NCBI GenBank assembly: GCA_963668315.1
Contig: OY764216.1
Coordinates: 1,728,001-1,792,000, forward strand
DNA length: 64,000 bases
From: Spirochaetia bacterium
Lineage (GTDB): Bacteria; Spirochaetota; Spirochaetia; DSM-2461
Reading direction: 5' to 3'
Below the pieces are notes generated by a model. That model was not told the DNA's origin and searched no databases. It saw only the letters and a list, made by a program, of their open reading frames with translations. The position numbers and the translations under genes are program-made. Of this stretch, positions 27,016 through 36,260 are shown piece after piece. Within the stretch, counting starts at the first letter, position 1. Every line of letters starts with the position of its first letter.

Positions 27016-28269
27016 ATGATAATCAGCAAATATTCCATGGGTGTTGGCGACCGTTTCGCTAAAGAGGGAAAAGCTCAGCTTCAGGCTATTAAGAAAGCAG
27101 AGGAACAGGGGGTCGTGGTCGCGCCGGTCTGGAATAAATCAAACCGGGAGCACGAAATTATTGGTTCCCTTCCCATTCATACCCGCCTGGAAGCCGACGA
27201 GGCTGTTTCGGAACTGGACTGGACCCATGACTATTATGTTGATGCCGACCATATAGGCCGGGGAAACGTGGGCAAGTTCATGGCCCATTGCGATTTTTTC
27301 ACCATCGATGTGGCGGACTTTATCGGAGCGGAGATCATGGATATTTCCGGCGATGAGATTGAAGCCTTTGCCCTGTCATGCGAGAGATTCGCCGGGGATC
27401 TTGTTCTGGACGGTCTGGATTCTCCCGTGAGAATTACGGAGGAGGCAATATTTAATACGGCCCGGAAGTATTACCCCGCCGTGAAGGAAGCCTCGGCTAT
27501 CTACCGGATGATAGAAAGGGAGAAGGGAAGGGATAACTTCGTAACCGAGATTTCCATGGATGAGACCGATTCCCCCCAGACTCCCGATGAAATGCTGATA
27601 ATTCTGGCGGCCATTGCCCGTGAGAATATTCCCGTGCAGACAATTGCCCCCCGTTTTTCCGGCCGCTTCAACAAGGGGGTCGATTACGTAGGCAATCCCG
27701 AGGATTTCGCCAGGGAATTCGAGGCGGATCTGGCGGTTATCGCCTTCGCTGTCAAGGAATTCGGTCTGCCGGAGAATCTCAAACTCAGTGTTCATTCGGG
27801 AAGCGATAAGTTTGCCATATACGGAGCGATCAGCAAGGCCCTCAAAAAGTTTGATGCGGGTATTCACCTGAAGACGGCGGGCACAACCTGGCTGGAGGAG
27901 ATCATTTCTCTGGCGGAACACGGGGGTGAAGGCCTTAAGCTGGTGAAAGAGATTTATGCCGATTCCCTGGAGCGCTTTGATGAGCTGGCCGGACCCTATG
28001 CCGAAGTTATCGATATTAACCTCAGCGCCCTGCCTGCGCCGGAAGTGACGGCCTCCTGGTCGGGAGAAAAGTTCGCCGCAGCCCTGCGGCATGACCTTTC
28101 CTGTCCCGATTACGATATGAATCTTCGGCAGATGCTGCATATCGCCTATAAATTAGCATCAGAGAAGGGCTCCCGTTTTTATCCTCTTCTGGATGAAGCC
28201 CGTGAACTCTGCGCTAAAAATGTTCATGAGAATCTCTATGAAAGGCACATCAGAAGAATCTTCTTTTAG
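27016..28269 (+). CDS. uxaE: Tagaturonate/fructuronate epimerase
   Basis: SMGVGDRF, DADH, EISMDE, FNKGVDY, KLSVHSGSDKF, HLKTAGTTWLE. Confidence 0.9.
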   Translation: MIISKYSMGVGDRFAKEGKAQLQAIKKAEEQGVVVAPVWNKSNREHEIIGSLPIHTRLEADEAVSELDWTHDYYVDADHIGRGNVGKFMAHCDFFTIDVADFIGAEIMDISGDEIEAFALSCERFAGDLVLDGLDSPVRITEEAIFNTARKYYPAVKEASAIYRMIEREKGRDNFVTEISMDETDSPQTPDEMLIILAAIARENIPVQTIAPRFSGRFNKGVDYVGNPEDFAREFEADLAVIAFAVKEFGLPENLKLSVHSGSDKFAIYGAISKALKKFDAGIHLKTAGTTWLEEIISLAEHGGEGLKLVKEIYADSLERFDELAGPYAEVIDINLSALPAPEVTASWSGEKFAAALRHDLSCPDYDMNLRQMLHIAYKLASEKGSRFYPLLDEARELCAKNVHENLYERHIRRIFF

Positions 28270-29213
28270 ATAAGGCCCATTCCGTTCATCACCGCCAGTC
28301 CCCCTCCTATGGTAAGCAGGGAAAAAAGCGTCGTTACGGTTATTACGTCGGCCGAGAGTTCCGTATCGTTATTCAGGGCTCCCGCCATGGCGAAGGAGGA
28401 TACCGCCGTAGGACTGCCTGCCAGAATGAACACGACCGCCAGAATCTCCCCGTCCAGTTTGAAGGGAATGGCGGCCGCCAGTACGATGAGGGGGGTGAAT
28501 ATGAGTTTGAACCCGACCGCGCCCAGAGTGGGGAGCCACCGCGATTTGAGTCCGCTTATCTTGAGTGTACCTCCAATTCCCAGAAGAGCCAGGGGAAGGG
28601 TCATGCGGGAGAGGTAGGTCAGGGATGTTTCAATGAGCACGGGCAGATGCAGTTTCAACAGGGAAAAGAGGATTCCCAGAACAATGGCGATGATCAGGGG
28701 ATTCAGCACGATATTCCGGACCTGTTTTTTCAGGCGCTCTTTCCGGTTTCCCGATTTATTCCAACCTGTCAGGGCAAAGACCGCCAGTATGTTGTAAAGG
28801 GGAATCAGAAACGCCAGCAGTCCCGCCGCAGTGGCGGAGCTTCGTTCGGGGAGAGCCCGCTCTATAATGGCCAGGCCGAATATGGCCAGGTTCCCCCGCA
28901 TGGAAGCCTGAACGAAAGCTCCCTTCTGGTCGTCTCCGGAACAGAAGATACCCGTGACTACCCAGGAAAGGAAAAAACCGGCCATGGTCCCGGCGAAAAG
29001 GAGAAGGTACAGCTTACCGTCGAAGAGCGAGCCGAAATCGGTACGGTAGACGACGGAGAAGAGAGAAGCCGGCAGAGCAAGTGTGAAAACTACCTTGCTG
29101 GAGGTGGTGATAAAAGCATCGTCTATTAGCCCTTTCCTGTGGGAAAACATTCCGACAAGGATAAGCAGGAAAACCGGTATGATAACATTCGCGCTGTAAA
29201 CTAAGCTGTTCAT
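28266..29213 (-). CDS. AEC (auxin efflux carrier/malate permease) family transporter
   Basis: About 10 TMs; LPASLF, RGN.AIFG, NPLIIA, PLALL.IG, PTAV. Confidence 0.88.
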   Translation of the reverse strand: MNSLVYSANVIIPVFLLILVGMFSHRKGLIDDAFITTSSKVVFTLALPASLFSVVYRTDFGSLFDGKLYLLLFAGTMAGFFLSWVVTGIFCSGDDQKGAFVQASMRGNLAIFGLAIIERALPERSSATAAGLLAFLIPLYNILAVFALTGWNKSGNRKERLKKQVRNIVLNPLIIAIVLGILFSLLKLHLPVLIETSLTYLSRMTLPLALLGIGGTLKISGLKSRWLPTLGAVGFKLIFTPLIVLAAAIPFKLDGEILAVVFILAGSPTAVSSFAMAGALNNDTELSADVITVTTLFSLLTIGGGLAVMNGMGLI

Positions 29214-29276
29214 TGTGTTAATATATGTGGAAAAATCGGTAAATACAAGGTACAATAGCACCAAAAGGATGGATAT

Positions 29277-29795
29277 ATGGAATACGTAGTACTTTCCGTT
29301 ACCGGCGAAGACCGCATCGGCCTGGTCGAAGAACTCACAGAGAGAATCAGCCGGTACGGATGCAATATTGAAGACAGCCGGATGGCCCTCCTGGGAGGGG
29401 AGTTTTCCGTTATCATGCTTCTCTCCGGCGATGATGCCGACCTTGAATCATTAAAAGCGAAGGTTCCCGTTTTAGAAAGGGAACTCAAACTTACTGTTCG
29501 TGCCAAAGATACCAATCCTCCCCAGCATCAGAAAGGACAGACCTACCGTCTGGAAACCGTATCACCCGATTCGAAAGGACTTGTTCATCAGCTCACCGCT
29601 GTACTGAGGGAATATGATGTGAATATCGAGGATTTCAAGACAGAAGTCAAAGCCGCTCCCTGGACGGGTACGCCCATGTTCCATATGAAGGGCACCATCG
29701 TCGTCCCTCCCGCCGCGGATATAAGGAATCTGCGGGAGAAACTCATTGAGCTGGAAGGGGAGAAAGAGCTGGATATATTTCTTAAGCCCGTTTAA
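29277..29795 (+). CDS. GcvR-like tandem ACT-domain protein
   Basis: GEDRIGLV, CNIEDSRM..LGGEF, second ACT (D..GLV..L...VNIED). Confidence 0.85.
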   Translation: MEYVVLSVTGEDRIGLVEELTERISRYGCNIEDSRMALLGGEFSVIMLLSGDDADLESLKAKVPVLERELKLTVRAKDTNPPQHQKGQTYRLETVSPDSKGLVHQLTAVLREYDVNIEDFKTEVKAAPWTGTPMFHMKGTIVVPPAADIRNLREKLIELEGEKELDIFLKPV

Positions 29796-29798
29796 GTA

Positions 29799-31583
29799 AT
29801 GGCGAAACTTCCCCAGAGCATCGGCCCCTTTACCGTCCTCGAATCCCTGGGACGGGGCGGAACCAGTCAGGTTTATAAAGCCGTCCATCCGGAACTGAAG
29901 AAAACGGTTGTCCTCAAAAAACTGACTCTCAAGGGTACCGGTACGGTTAAGGAGCGTTTTCAGAGAGAAGCGGATCTGATGATGGGATTCAACCATGAGC
30001 ATATCGTCAAAGTCTATGATATTTTCAAGGACGGGAGCAGCTGGATCACGGTTCAGGAGTTCGTGGACGGTCCCAATCTGGAGGAGATCATCTCCCGCCG
30101 GGGCGGCCTGGGAAAAAGGGAATCCCTGGGGATTATCATTCAGTGTCTCAAGGCTCTGGTTTATATTCATAAACAGGGGGTTGTCCATCGTGATATTAAA
30201 CCTTCCAATATTTTCCTGACCTCCCGGGGAAAGGTCAAACTGGGAGATTTCGGAATTGCCTCCCGCCTCGACGGGGGTAAGGCCCTGACCCGGGAGGGCG
30301 CCGCTCTGGGGACTCCCGACTTCATGGCTCCCGAGCAGGCTCTCGATCCGGCATCCGTAGACGGCCGGGCCGATATCTATGCTCTGGCTCTGACATGGTA
30401 TGAAGCCTGGACGGGAGAACCCTGGCCCAGGCGCGGAAGGATAGCCGGCGGCGTCAGGTTTTCGGTGGCGGGAAGGCTTCTTCTCAAGGGGGCCAGAAAA
30501 AACCGTCTCTTCCGGTTTCGGTCGGCCCGGTCGCTTCTTCTGCAGATACGGCTTTTGCTTTTTCCCCTGCTTATCCGCTCCCGTTCCCTGACTGCGGTGG
30601 TTCCCCCCCTGATAAAAAGCGGGGAAGGTTCCGGGACAGGACAGGAGAGAAAAACCGCCCGGGAGAAAGCCGGCATTCCCCGAAAAAAGACCAGGAAACC
30701 GGCAGGAATCATTCTGCTGATTCTTCTTCTGGGACTGCTGACGGCCGGCGGCCGATTCGCCTATTATCGATTTCCCGGGGGAGCCCGTTTTTCCCGTTTT
30801 TCCGCTGAAATCCCCTATACGGTGAATACGGCCGCCTGGTACCGGAAGGAGGTCAAACTGCGCCTCTACGAGGACCGGGAGGGAGGCATGCACCGGGAAA
30901 GACGGTTCTTTCTGCTGGATAGAAGGGACAGCTCGAAACTGGTTACCCGAAGGATATATCTCTCCCGTGGGAGTTACCGCCTGCGCGTAACCCTGCCGGA
31001 CAGGGAGGAGTGGCATCGTTTTTATCTGGAGGGGAGGGACATGCATTATTCCCTGGAGGCGCTGGATTTTCCCCAGACACCCCTTCTGGTGGATTCGGTC
31101 GTTTATGATATTCTGACCGGGGAAGCTCTTTCCGAATCTCATATGGAACTTATCGCAGGGGAGGAGCCGATACCCTTGAGCGGACCCGTTCCGGTTCTTC
31201 CCGGAGAAACGACGAAGCTTCTCGTGACCTCGCCCGGATACCAGGATCTGGTTCAGGAAGTGCGTATCGAACCGTCCCAGAAGGAACTGACCCTCAGGCT
31301 GGGGCTGCTGCCAGAACCGGCCCGGCTGGTTGTGAAAAGGGGAGACGTGCCGGACGAACCGGGCTGGACAACATCAGTGAAGATAGACGGATCGGCCGAC
31401 TATCTCTCATGGGAGGGGACGCCCCACTGGGAGCGGATTGATCAGAAGGATCGGGAAATCCTGCTCTATCTGTCACCGGGGAAACATAGAGTGGAAATAG
31501 CCCTTTCGGGGGAAGAGAATAGTGTCTTTGCCAAAGAGATTATCCTGGAGCCGGGCCGTACTTATACGGTTTACGGAGAGTAG
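29799..31583 (+). CDS. Hanks-type Ser/Thr protein kinase with TM and extracytoplasmic beta (PEGA-like) region
   Basis: GRGGTS.VY, VVLK, HRDIKPSN, DFG, GTPDFMAPE; TM IILLILLLGLL; PGY motif. Confidence 0.88.
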   Translation: MAKLPQSIGPFTVLESLGRGGTSQVYKAVHPELKKTVVLKKLTLKGTGTVKERFQREADLMMGFNHEHIVKVYDIFKDGSSWITVQEFVDGPNLEEIISRRGGLGKRESLGIIIQCLKALVYIHKQGVVHRDIKPSNIFLTSRGKVKLGDFGIASRLDGGKALTREGAALGTPDFMAPEQALDPASVDGRADIYALALTWYEAWTGEPWPRRGRIAGGVRFSVAGRLLLKGARKNRLFRFRSARSLLLQIRLLLFPLLIRSRSLTAVVPPLIKSGEGSGTGQERKTAREKAGIPRKKTRKPAGIILLILLLGLLTAGGRFAYYRFPGGARFSRFSAEIPYTVNTAAWYRKEVKLRLYEDREGGMHRERRFFLLDRRDSSKLVTRRIYLSRGSYRLRVTLPDREEWHRFYLEGRDMHYSLEALDFPQTPLLVDSVVYDILTGEALSESHMELIAGEEPIPLSGPVPVLPGETTKLLVTSPGYQDLVQEVRIEPSQKELTLRLGLLPEPARLVVKRGDVPDEPGWTTSVKIDGSADYLSWEGTPHWERIDQKDREILLYLSPGKHRVEIALSGEENSVFAKEIILEPGRTYTVYGE

Positions 31584-32498
31584 CTATTTCTTGCGGATGA
31601 GGATATCCCGGTCCTCGGGAAGGAGCCGGGCCTTTTCCAGATCTTTTATGAAGCGGGTCCCGTCCTTGTAATATCCGGCGGTTTCTCCGATTCCTTCGCA
31701 CTTCCCTGTCCAATACCGGTTGAAGAGTATCATTGCGCATTCACGGGCGAATTTGGCAAAGAGAGAAGCCAGCGCCGTCTCCATCGCCTTGCCATCGGCT
31801 CCCACCATAAATTGAATGGTCCGTGTCCCCGAACGGTAGAGGGACCGTTCCGCCCTCTCCTCCACGGCCTGGAGCGGTTTTCCCGGAAGAAGGGACAGGA
31901 GCCAGTCGCCATAGAAACGCCGTCCCCCCTGACGGTCCACCGTGAGAATCACATCATCTTCCTTCAGTGCTGCGGCCATAAGGGGGTCAAGAAGATCCTG
32001 GCACAGAGCTCCTTTATTGCCCGTCCGATCAATTCCTTTGTTAAAGGCTGAAGCCGTGATGAATCGAAGATGCAGCTTTTTGAGGATTATGCCGCGGGTT
32101 TCCATCGCTTTAAGAAGTGTTTCCCTGTCACGGTCGATATCTTCCCTGCTGCAGGCCATGGGAAGGGCAAGCTCCTCGGGATGGGCAAACCAGGGAGAGC
32201 CGGAAAGATCGTCACCGGTCAGATTCTTCAGAAACTCGCCGAAATGGGGGGGAATCCCATACAGGATCGAGTAGAACGTCAGAACGCTCTTTTCCAGTAA
32301 AAGAGGACCCCGTGACGGTGTGTAGAGCTTTTTACTGTCCCCCACGGCGATTTTTCCCTTCTGGGGCGTCTGCCCGACCGCATCATCCAGAAGATCATAA
32401 AGACTCTCCTCCCCGCTGAGGAAAAAACTGGTCATCCCGGCGCAGTAAGGCCCCAGAACAGGGCCTAGTCCGGCCTCATCGATTCCGGCCCTTATCAT
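31584..32498 (-). CDS. Ribonuclease HII-like protein (long variant)
   Basis: GIDEAGLGPVLGP, GDSKKL, VD, GAD, ALASLFAK..R, GY. Confidence 0.75.
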   Translation of the reverse strand: MIRAGIDEAGLGPVLGPYCAGMTSFFLSGEESLYDLLDDAVGQTPQKGKIAVGDSKKLYTPSRGPLLLEKSVLTFYSILYGIPPHFGEFLKNLTGDDLSGSPWFAHPEELALPMACSREDIDRDRETLLKAMETRGIILKKLHLRFITASAFNKGIDRTGNKGALCQDLLDPLMAAALKEDDVILTVDRQGGRRFYGDWLLSLLPGKPLQAVEERAERSLYRSGTRTIQFMVGADGKAMETALASLFAKFARECAMILFNRYWTGKCEGIGETAGYYKDGTRFIKDLEKARLLPEDRDILIRKK

Positions 32499-32499
32499 C

Positions 32500-34107
32500 T
32501 CATATCCTGAAAAAGTGTGAGCTTTCCCGGAACATCTTAAGAATCAGTTCCTGGCTTTTCAGAGAAGTCGTTTCGCTGGGGCTGAAGCCCCGTCCTCCCG
32601 ACAGCGTCCCCTCTTTGATGGAGACGATACGGGTTTTGCTGTCCAGGTTCAGGATAGCCACCATTTTCTGCCTGTTCAGGAGAAGAAGCACGTTCTGTTT
32701 CAGGCCTATTTCTGAAATATCCAGAGGAAGAAGGGGTGTTTTTTTCTTTTCAGACGCCCTCTTCCAGGCTTCGATAAGCTCATCGTCCAGATCCTCCGTT
32801 TTATCAGCCAGAAGGGCCGGACCGTTAAGAAGGTTCTGGGTATGGTGATAAATCTTTCTCCTGCGCTCTTCCCGTCCGGCATTCCGTCCTGCGGGAGCAA
32901 ACCTGAGGCATCCCAGAGAGAGGAGGGGGGGATTTTTCAGGCAGACAGCCAGATTGAGAAGACCCGAATATCCCTTCCAGCTTTGATTCAGGTCGGCAAA
33001 GACCACGTCAAAGTGCTCCAGCTGGGAGACCAGGGGCAATCCGGACTGGGAAAAGCGGACTCCCTGTTTACTGAAGGGTTTGATGATATCAATAAGCATT
33101 TGAAGCCGCTGCTGGGGAGTTACGCCCGGATCGAACCAATCTCCCGTAGAGAACAGCAGTTCCAGGTGGTCAAGATGGATAACGCGGAATCCCCGGGATA
33201 CATGATAGTTCAGAGCCCTGTCTATATGGTCACGGACTTCCGGTCTGGTAATGTCCAGGGGGAAAAGCGGCTGGGAACCGCGGCTGTCCCGGTATTTCAG
33301 GGGCTTTCCCTTTCCTATGAGAAGGTGATGGCCGGTCTTATAGAAAGCCGAATTCCTGGCGCATGTCAGGGGAGACAGACGGATTCCCGCGCGGGCGCCC
33401 AGAGGTCTGACCGCATCGGCCATCTCCGTCATGCGGTCGCCAATCCAGGATGCCGGTTTGTCCCAATCACCCCAGGCTGATGCCGCTCCGTAGTCGAACA
33501 GATAGAAATCAAAGGTGCATTTCTTTTCTGAGAGCCTTTTCACATCCTGACGGATTAGCTCGAGGGAGGGACGGGGACCGGGCGTGAAAAAACGGCCGTT
33601 ACCCTGGTTTTCCGCCGACGGTTCCTTCAAGCCGTACCGCGCCGGCTCGATTTTATTATCCTGGATACTCATATGGAGTTCTTTGAGAACCAGATCCTCC
33701 CCGGCCTTGATTCTGCTGTCAAGAAGCCAGGTGATTTTTGCCGTCTTTCCTTTGCCGCACAGCTCTATATGCAAAAGACCCTGATCTTTGGAGCCCATAT
33801 AAATCTGCATAATTTCCTGTTTGGCGTTATTCAGAAAAAAGCTGGAATAACCGCTCTTTTCCTCTTTTTTGATAAGGGGATGCCAGCTTTCGGAAAGAGG
33901 TATCCAGAGACTCAGGGAACGTATGATCCCATCACTGTCGGCCTGAATAACCGGCTGTAAGGCATATCCGCTTTTTATCAGTTTGATGCTGAAACCTTCC
34001 AGAGAGATCTTTTCTCTCTGCGGTCCTTTTTTTAACGATAGAGATTTATTCTCGCTTAACGTCTGCAGCTGCAGCCTAAAGGGATAGCTTATTTGTAAAC
34101 TGCTCAT
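32500..34107 (-). CDS. Alpha-galactosidase (GH36)-like TIM-barrel protein, divergent
   Basis: FD.G...WGDW, G..AGI.L.P, LDITRPEVRDHI, GF.VIHLD resemble the GH36 core. Confidence 0.5.
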   Translation of the reverse strand: MSSLQISYPFRLQLQTLSENKSLSLKKGPQREKISLEGFSIKLIKSGYALQPVIQADSDGIIRSLSLWIPLSESWHPLIKKEEKSGYSSFFLNNAKQEIMQIYMGSKDQGLLHIELCGKGKTAKITWLLDSRIKAGEDLVLKELHMSIQDNKIEPARYGLKEPSAENQGNGRFFTPGPRPSLELIRQDVKRLSEKKCTFDFYLFDYGAASAWGDWDKPASWIGDRMTEMADAVRPLGARAGIRLSPLTCARNSAFYKTGHHLLIGKGKPLKYRDSRGSQPLFPLDITRPEVRDHIDRALNYHVSRGFRVIHLDHLELLFSTGDWFDPGVTPQQRLQMLIDIIKPFSKQGVRFSQSGLPLVSQLEHFDVVFADLNQSWKGYSGLLNLAVCLKNPPLLSLGCLRFAPAGRNAGREERRRKIYHHTQNLLNGPALLADKTEDLDDELIEAWKRASEKKKTPLLPLDISEIGLKQNVLLLLNRQKMVAILNLDSKTRIVSIKEGTLSGGRGFSPSETTSLKSQELILKMFRESSHFFRI

Positions 34108-34220
34108 TAATCTTATAATAGTGCAATTATGAGGAAATGAAAATATTAAACCCTGCGAGGGTTGATTTTTTTTCCCGAAAGCGTGAATAATTTTATTTCA
34201 GCGACTTTGGGGAGGGAAAA

Positions 34221-34994
34221 ATGGTTTCCTGGGATGTATTTGCCTGTATTATAATCAGCCTCGTGCTTATGCTGGTTCCCGTTCCGCTCATATTCATTAT
34301 GTTATGGCGGAAGAAAGGGTTGCCCGTTAACAGTTTTTTTTCCGGTGCGGCGGTATTTGTCGTCTTCTATCTTGTAATCAGATTTTATCTGACCAATTCT
34401 CTGGGAGATTCGTCGCTTCTCTCCCTTTTCCTCTCAGCCCTGGTGGTGGAAGGGGGGCGGTTTATCGGACTGGCGATTCTGCCCGGCAGGGAGGGGCGGA
34501 ATAACTATTCTCTGAAAACGGGGCTGTCCCTGGCATTAGGGTATATTACAGCGGCCTTCCTGCTTATCAATGCCTTTGAGATGGCCATGAATCTGGTTTA
34601 TGCCGGAGCGCTTCAGGGATGGGGCATTCTCTCCGATTTTCTTAACCGCTTTCCCCGTGAAAGCGTGGACCGGGTACAGCTTATGATCAGTTCCACTCCT
34701 TCCTATACCTACCTGCTGGAACTGCTCTCCCTCTATCTGGCCGTGCCTGTACAGCTCCTTTTAACCCTTCTGGTATTTCAGTTTTACCGCAGCGGGGGGA
34801 GCGGCCCCTCCCGTATCGTATGGCTAGTCGGAGCGGTTCTCCTGAACTTTTTCTATTTTCAGGTCGGTTCGTTCGCAGCGGAACCGGGATGGTTAACGCA
34901 CATTATCTTCCTTTTGCTGATGGGAGTTCTCTCCTTCTGGACTGTTATGAGAGTGTGGAAGGGGGAGTTCATTGATACTTTCGGCACTTCTTAA
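34221..34994 (+). CDS. YhfC-like membrane protein
   Basis: Multi-TM; FF.GA.VF.VF, VEGGRF, GL.L.LG pattern; metalloprotease residues appear eroded. Confidence 0.55.
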   Translation: MVSWDVFACIIISLVLMLVPVPLIFIMLWRKKGLPVNSFFSGAAVFVVFYLVIRFYLTNSLGDSSLLSLFLSALVVEGGRFIGLAILPGREGRNNYSLKTGLSLALGYITAAFLLINAFEMAMNLVYAGALQGWGILSDFLNRFPRESVDRVQLMISSTPSYTYLLELLSLYLAVPVQLLLTLLVFQFYRSGGSGPSRIVWLVGAVLLNFFYFQVGSFAAEPGWLTHIIFLLLMGVLSFWTVMRVWKGEFIDTFGTS

Positions 34995-35889
34995 GATCTG
35001 CCTGCCCATCCTTCTGGGCTATTTTCTCAAGACCGTAGGGTACTTTCCCGAGAAACATACGGCTTCGGTACAGCTGTTCTGCGTCCGGGTGGCAACACCC
35101 GCCGTCGCATTTGCGAATCTGTTCACGGCGGATATGTCCACGGTTCAGCAGTTTCTTCCCGTCTCTCTATCGGTCTTTCTTTTCACGGGTATCGCCTGGG
35201 CTATCTCTCTGGGAGGTACGGCTCTTTTCAAGGTGAGGAGACACCGTCCCGAAATCATTCTGATCATCATATTCAGCAATGTGGGTTATATCGGCTGGGC
35301 CATTCTGGATACGGTTCTGGGGGATGCCGGACTGAGAAGGGGGATATTCATCTCTTCTTTCTGGTGGCCCAATATGTACCTTTACAGTATCCTTACCATA
35401 ATTGCCTGCGGAGGTAAGGGCGGTTTTAACGGGGAGGGGCGTAATATCGCCATGAATATGGTTCCCGCCCTGTCCGCCGTCTTTCTGGGATTGGTCATGA
35501 ATGTGGCCGGACTCTCCCTCCCCGAGGATATCATGGATTTCCTGAATTCCTACGGAAACATGACGGTTCCCCTCATCCTTTTTACCGTGGGCATGTCTAT
35601 TTCCCTTAAGGACAGCCTGGCCGATATAAGAAGACTGCTTCCTCTGACCTTCATAAGAACGGCCGTTTCCATCATGGCCATCTCCCTGACGGTACTCATG
35701 CTGCCTATGCTGGATGATATAAGCCGTAAAAGTCTCTTCATTGAAACGATAATGCCCGCCGGTGCCGGGATTCTGGTCATGGGGCATGTCTTCGGCCTGG
35801 ATAATCGTTTCATCTCTTCGGCCATCGCCCTGAGCACTCTGGTCTCCTTTATCACCATTCCTGTGGTAGTGGGGCTTTTCGCCGGGTAA
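34972..35889 (+). CDS. AEC family transporter
   Basis: Multi-TM; SN.GYIG, TVPLILF.VG, MPAG, LSTL.SFITIP; TTG start overlapping the upstream gene. Confidence 0.85.
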   Translation: MILSALLKICLPILLGYFLKTVGYFPEKHTASVQLFCVRVATPAVAFANLFTADMSTVQQFLPVSLSVFLFTGIAWAISLGGTALFKVRRHRPEIILIIIFSNVGYIGWAILDTVLGDAGLRRGIFISSFWWPNMYLYSILTIIACGGKGGFNGEGRNIAMNMVPALSAVFLGLVMNVAGLSLPEDIMDFLNSYGNMTVPLILFTVGMSISLKDSLADIRRLLPLTFIRTAVSIMAISLTVLMLPMLDDISRKSLFIETIMPAGAGILVMGHVFGLDNRFISSAIALSTLVSFITIPVVVGLFAG

Positions 35890-35994
35890 TTCCCTCTGAG
35901 AGGGAATCTTTCTGTCCGGGGAGGGAATATCCGCATTTTGCCGCCCTCCAGGGGAAAGGATGAAAAAAAAAGAAACTTTTTTTTGAAAGAGGGG

Positions 35995-36023
35995 TTGCCA
36001 AAAAAAACAGAATTTGGTATAAA
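35995..36023 (+). promoter_or_regulatory. tRNA promoter
   Basis: TTGCCA-N17-TATAAA with A/T tracts upstream. Confidence 0.65.
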
Positions 36024-36063
36024 CATGCTCACGCAGCAAGTGCAGCTGCAAAAACTTGAATGT

Positions 36064-36136
36064 GCGAAAGTAGCTCAGTTGGTAGAGCCCCACCTTGCCA
36101 AGGTGGTTGTCGCGAGTTCGAATCTCGTCTTTCGCT
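36064..36136 (+). tRNA. tRNA-Gly(GCC), CCA not encoded
   Basis: Acceptor GCGAAAG/CTTTCGC, D-arm GCTC/GAGC, anticodon stem CCACC-TTGCCAA-GGTGG, T-loop GTTCGAATC. Confidence 0.97.
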
Positions 36137-36145
36137 CAATTTGTT

Positions 36146-36178
36146 AAAGCCGTTTCCCATGGGAAGCGGTTTTTTTTT
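36146..36178 (+). terminator. Intrinsic terminator after tRNA
   Basis: GCCGTTTCC-CATG-GGAAGCGGT followed by a T run. Confidence 0.85.
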
Positions 36179-36214
36179 GCTTCCCCCGATACCCTGTCCC
36201 CCAGTAAAACTTCT

Positions 36215-36243
36215 TTGACAAATGAAGAGACCGGTGATACTCT
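36215..36243 (+). promoter_or_regulatory. Promoter of the sugar-sensing operon
   Basis: TTGACA-N17-TACTCT with extended -10 TG. Confidence 0.6.
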
Positions 36244-36260
36244 TTTGACGGGGCCCGTTA

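Noticed and set aside
29562..31142. 526-aa antisense ORF over the kinase (likewise 7074-8441, 18740-20074, 38586-39878, 44011-45315, 54743-55867)
   Set aside because: Shadow ORFs opposite well-supported genes in GC-rich DNA; no recognisable motifs
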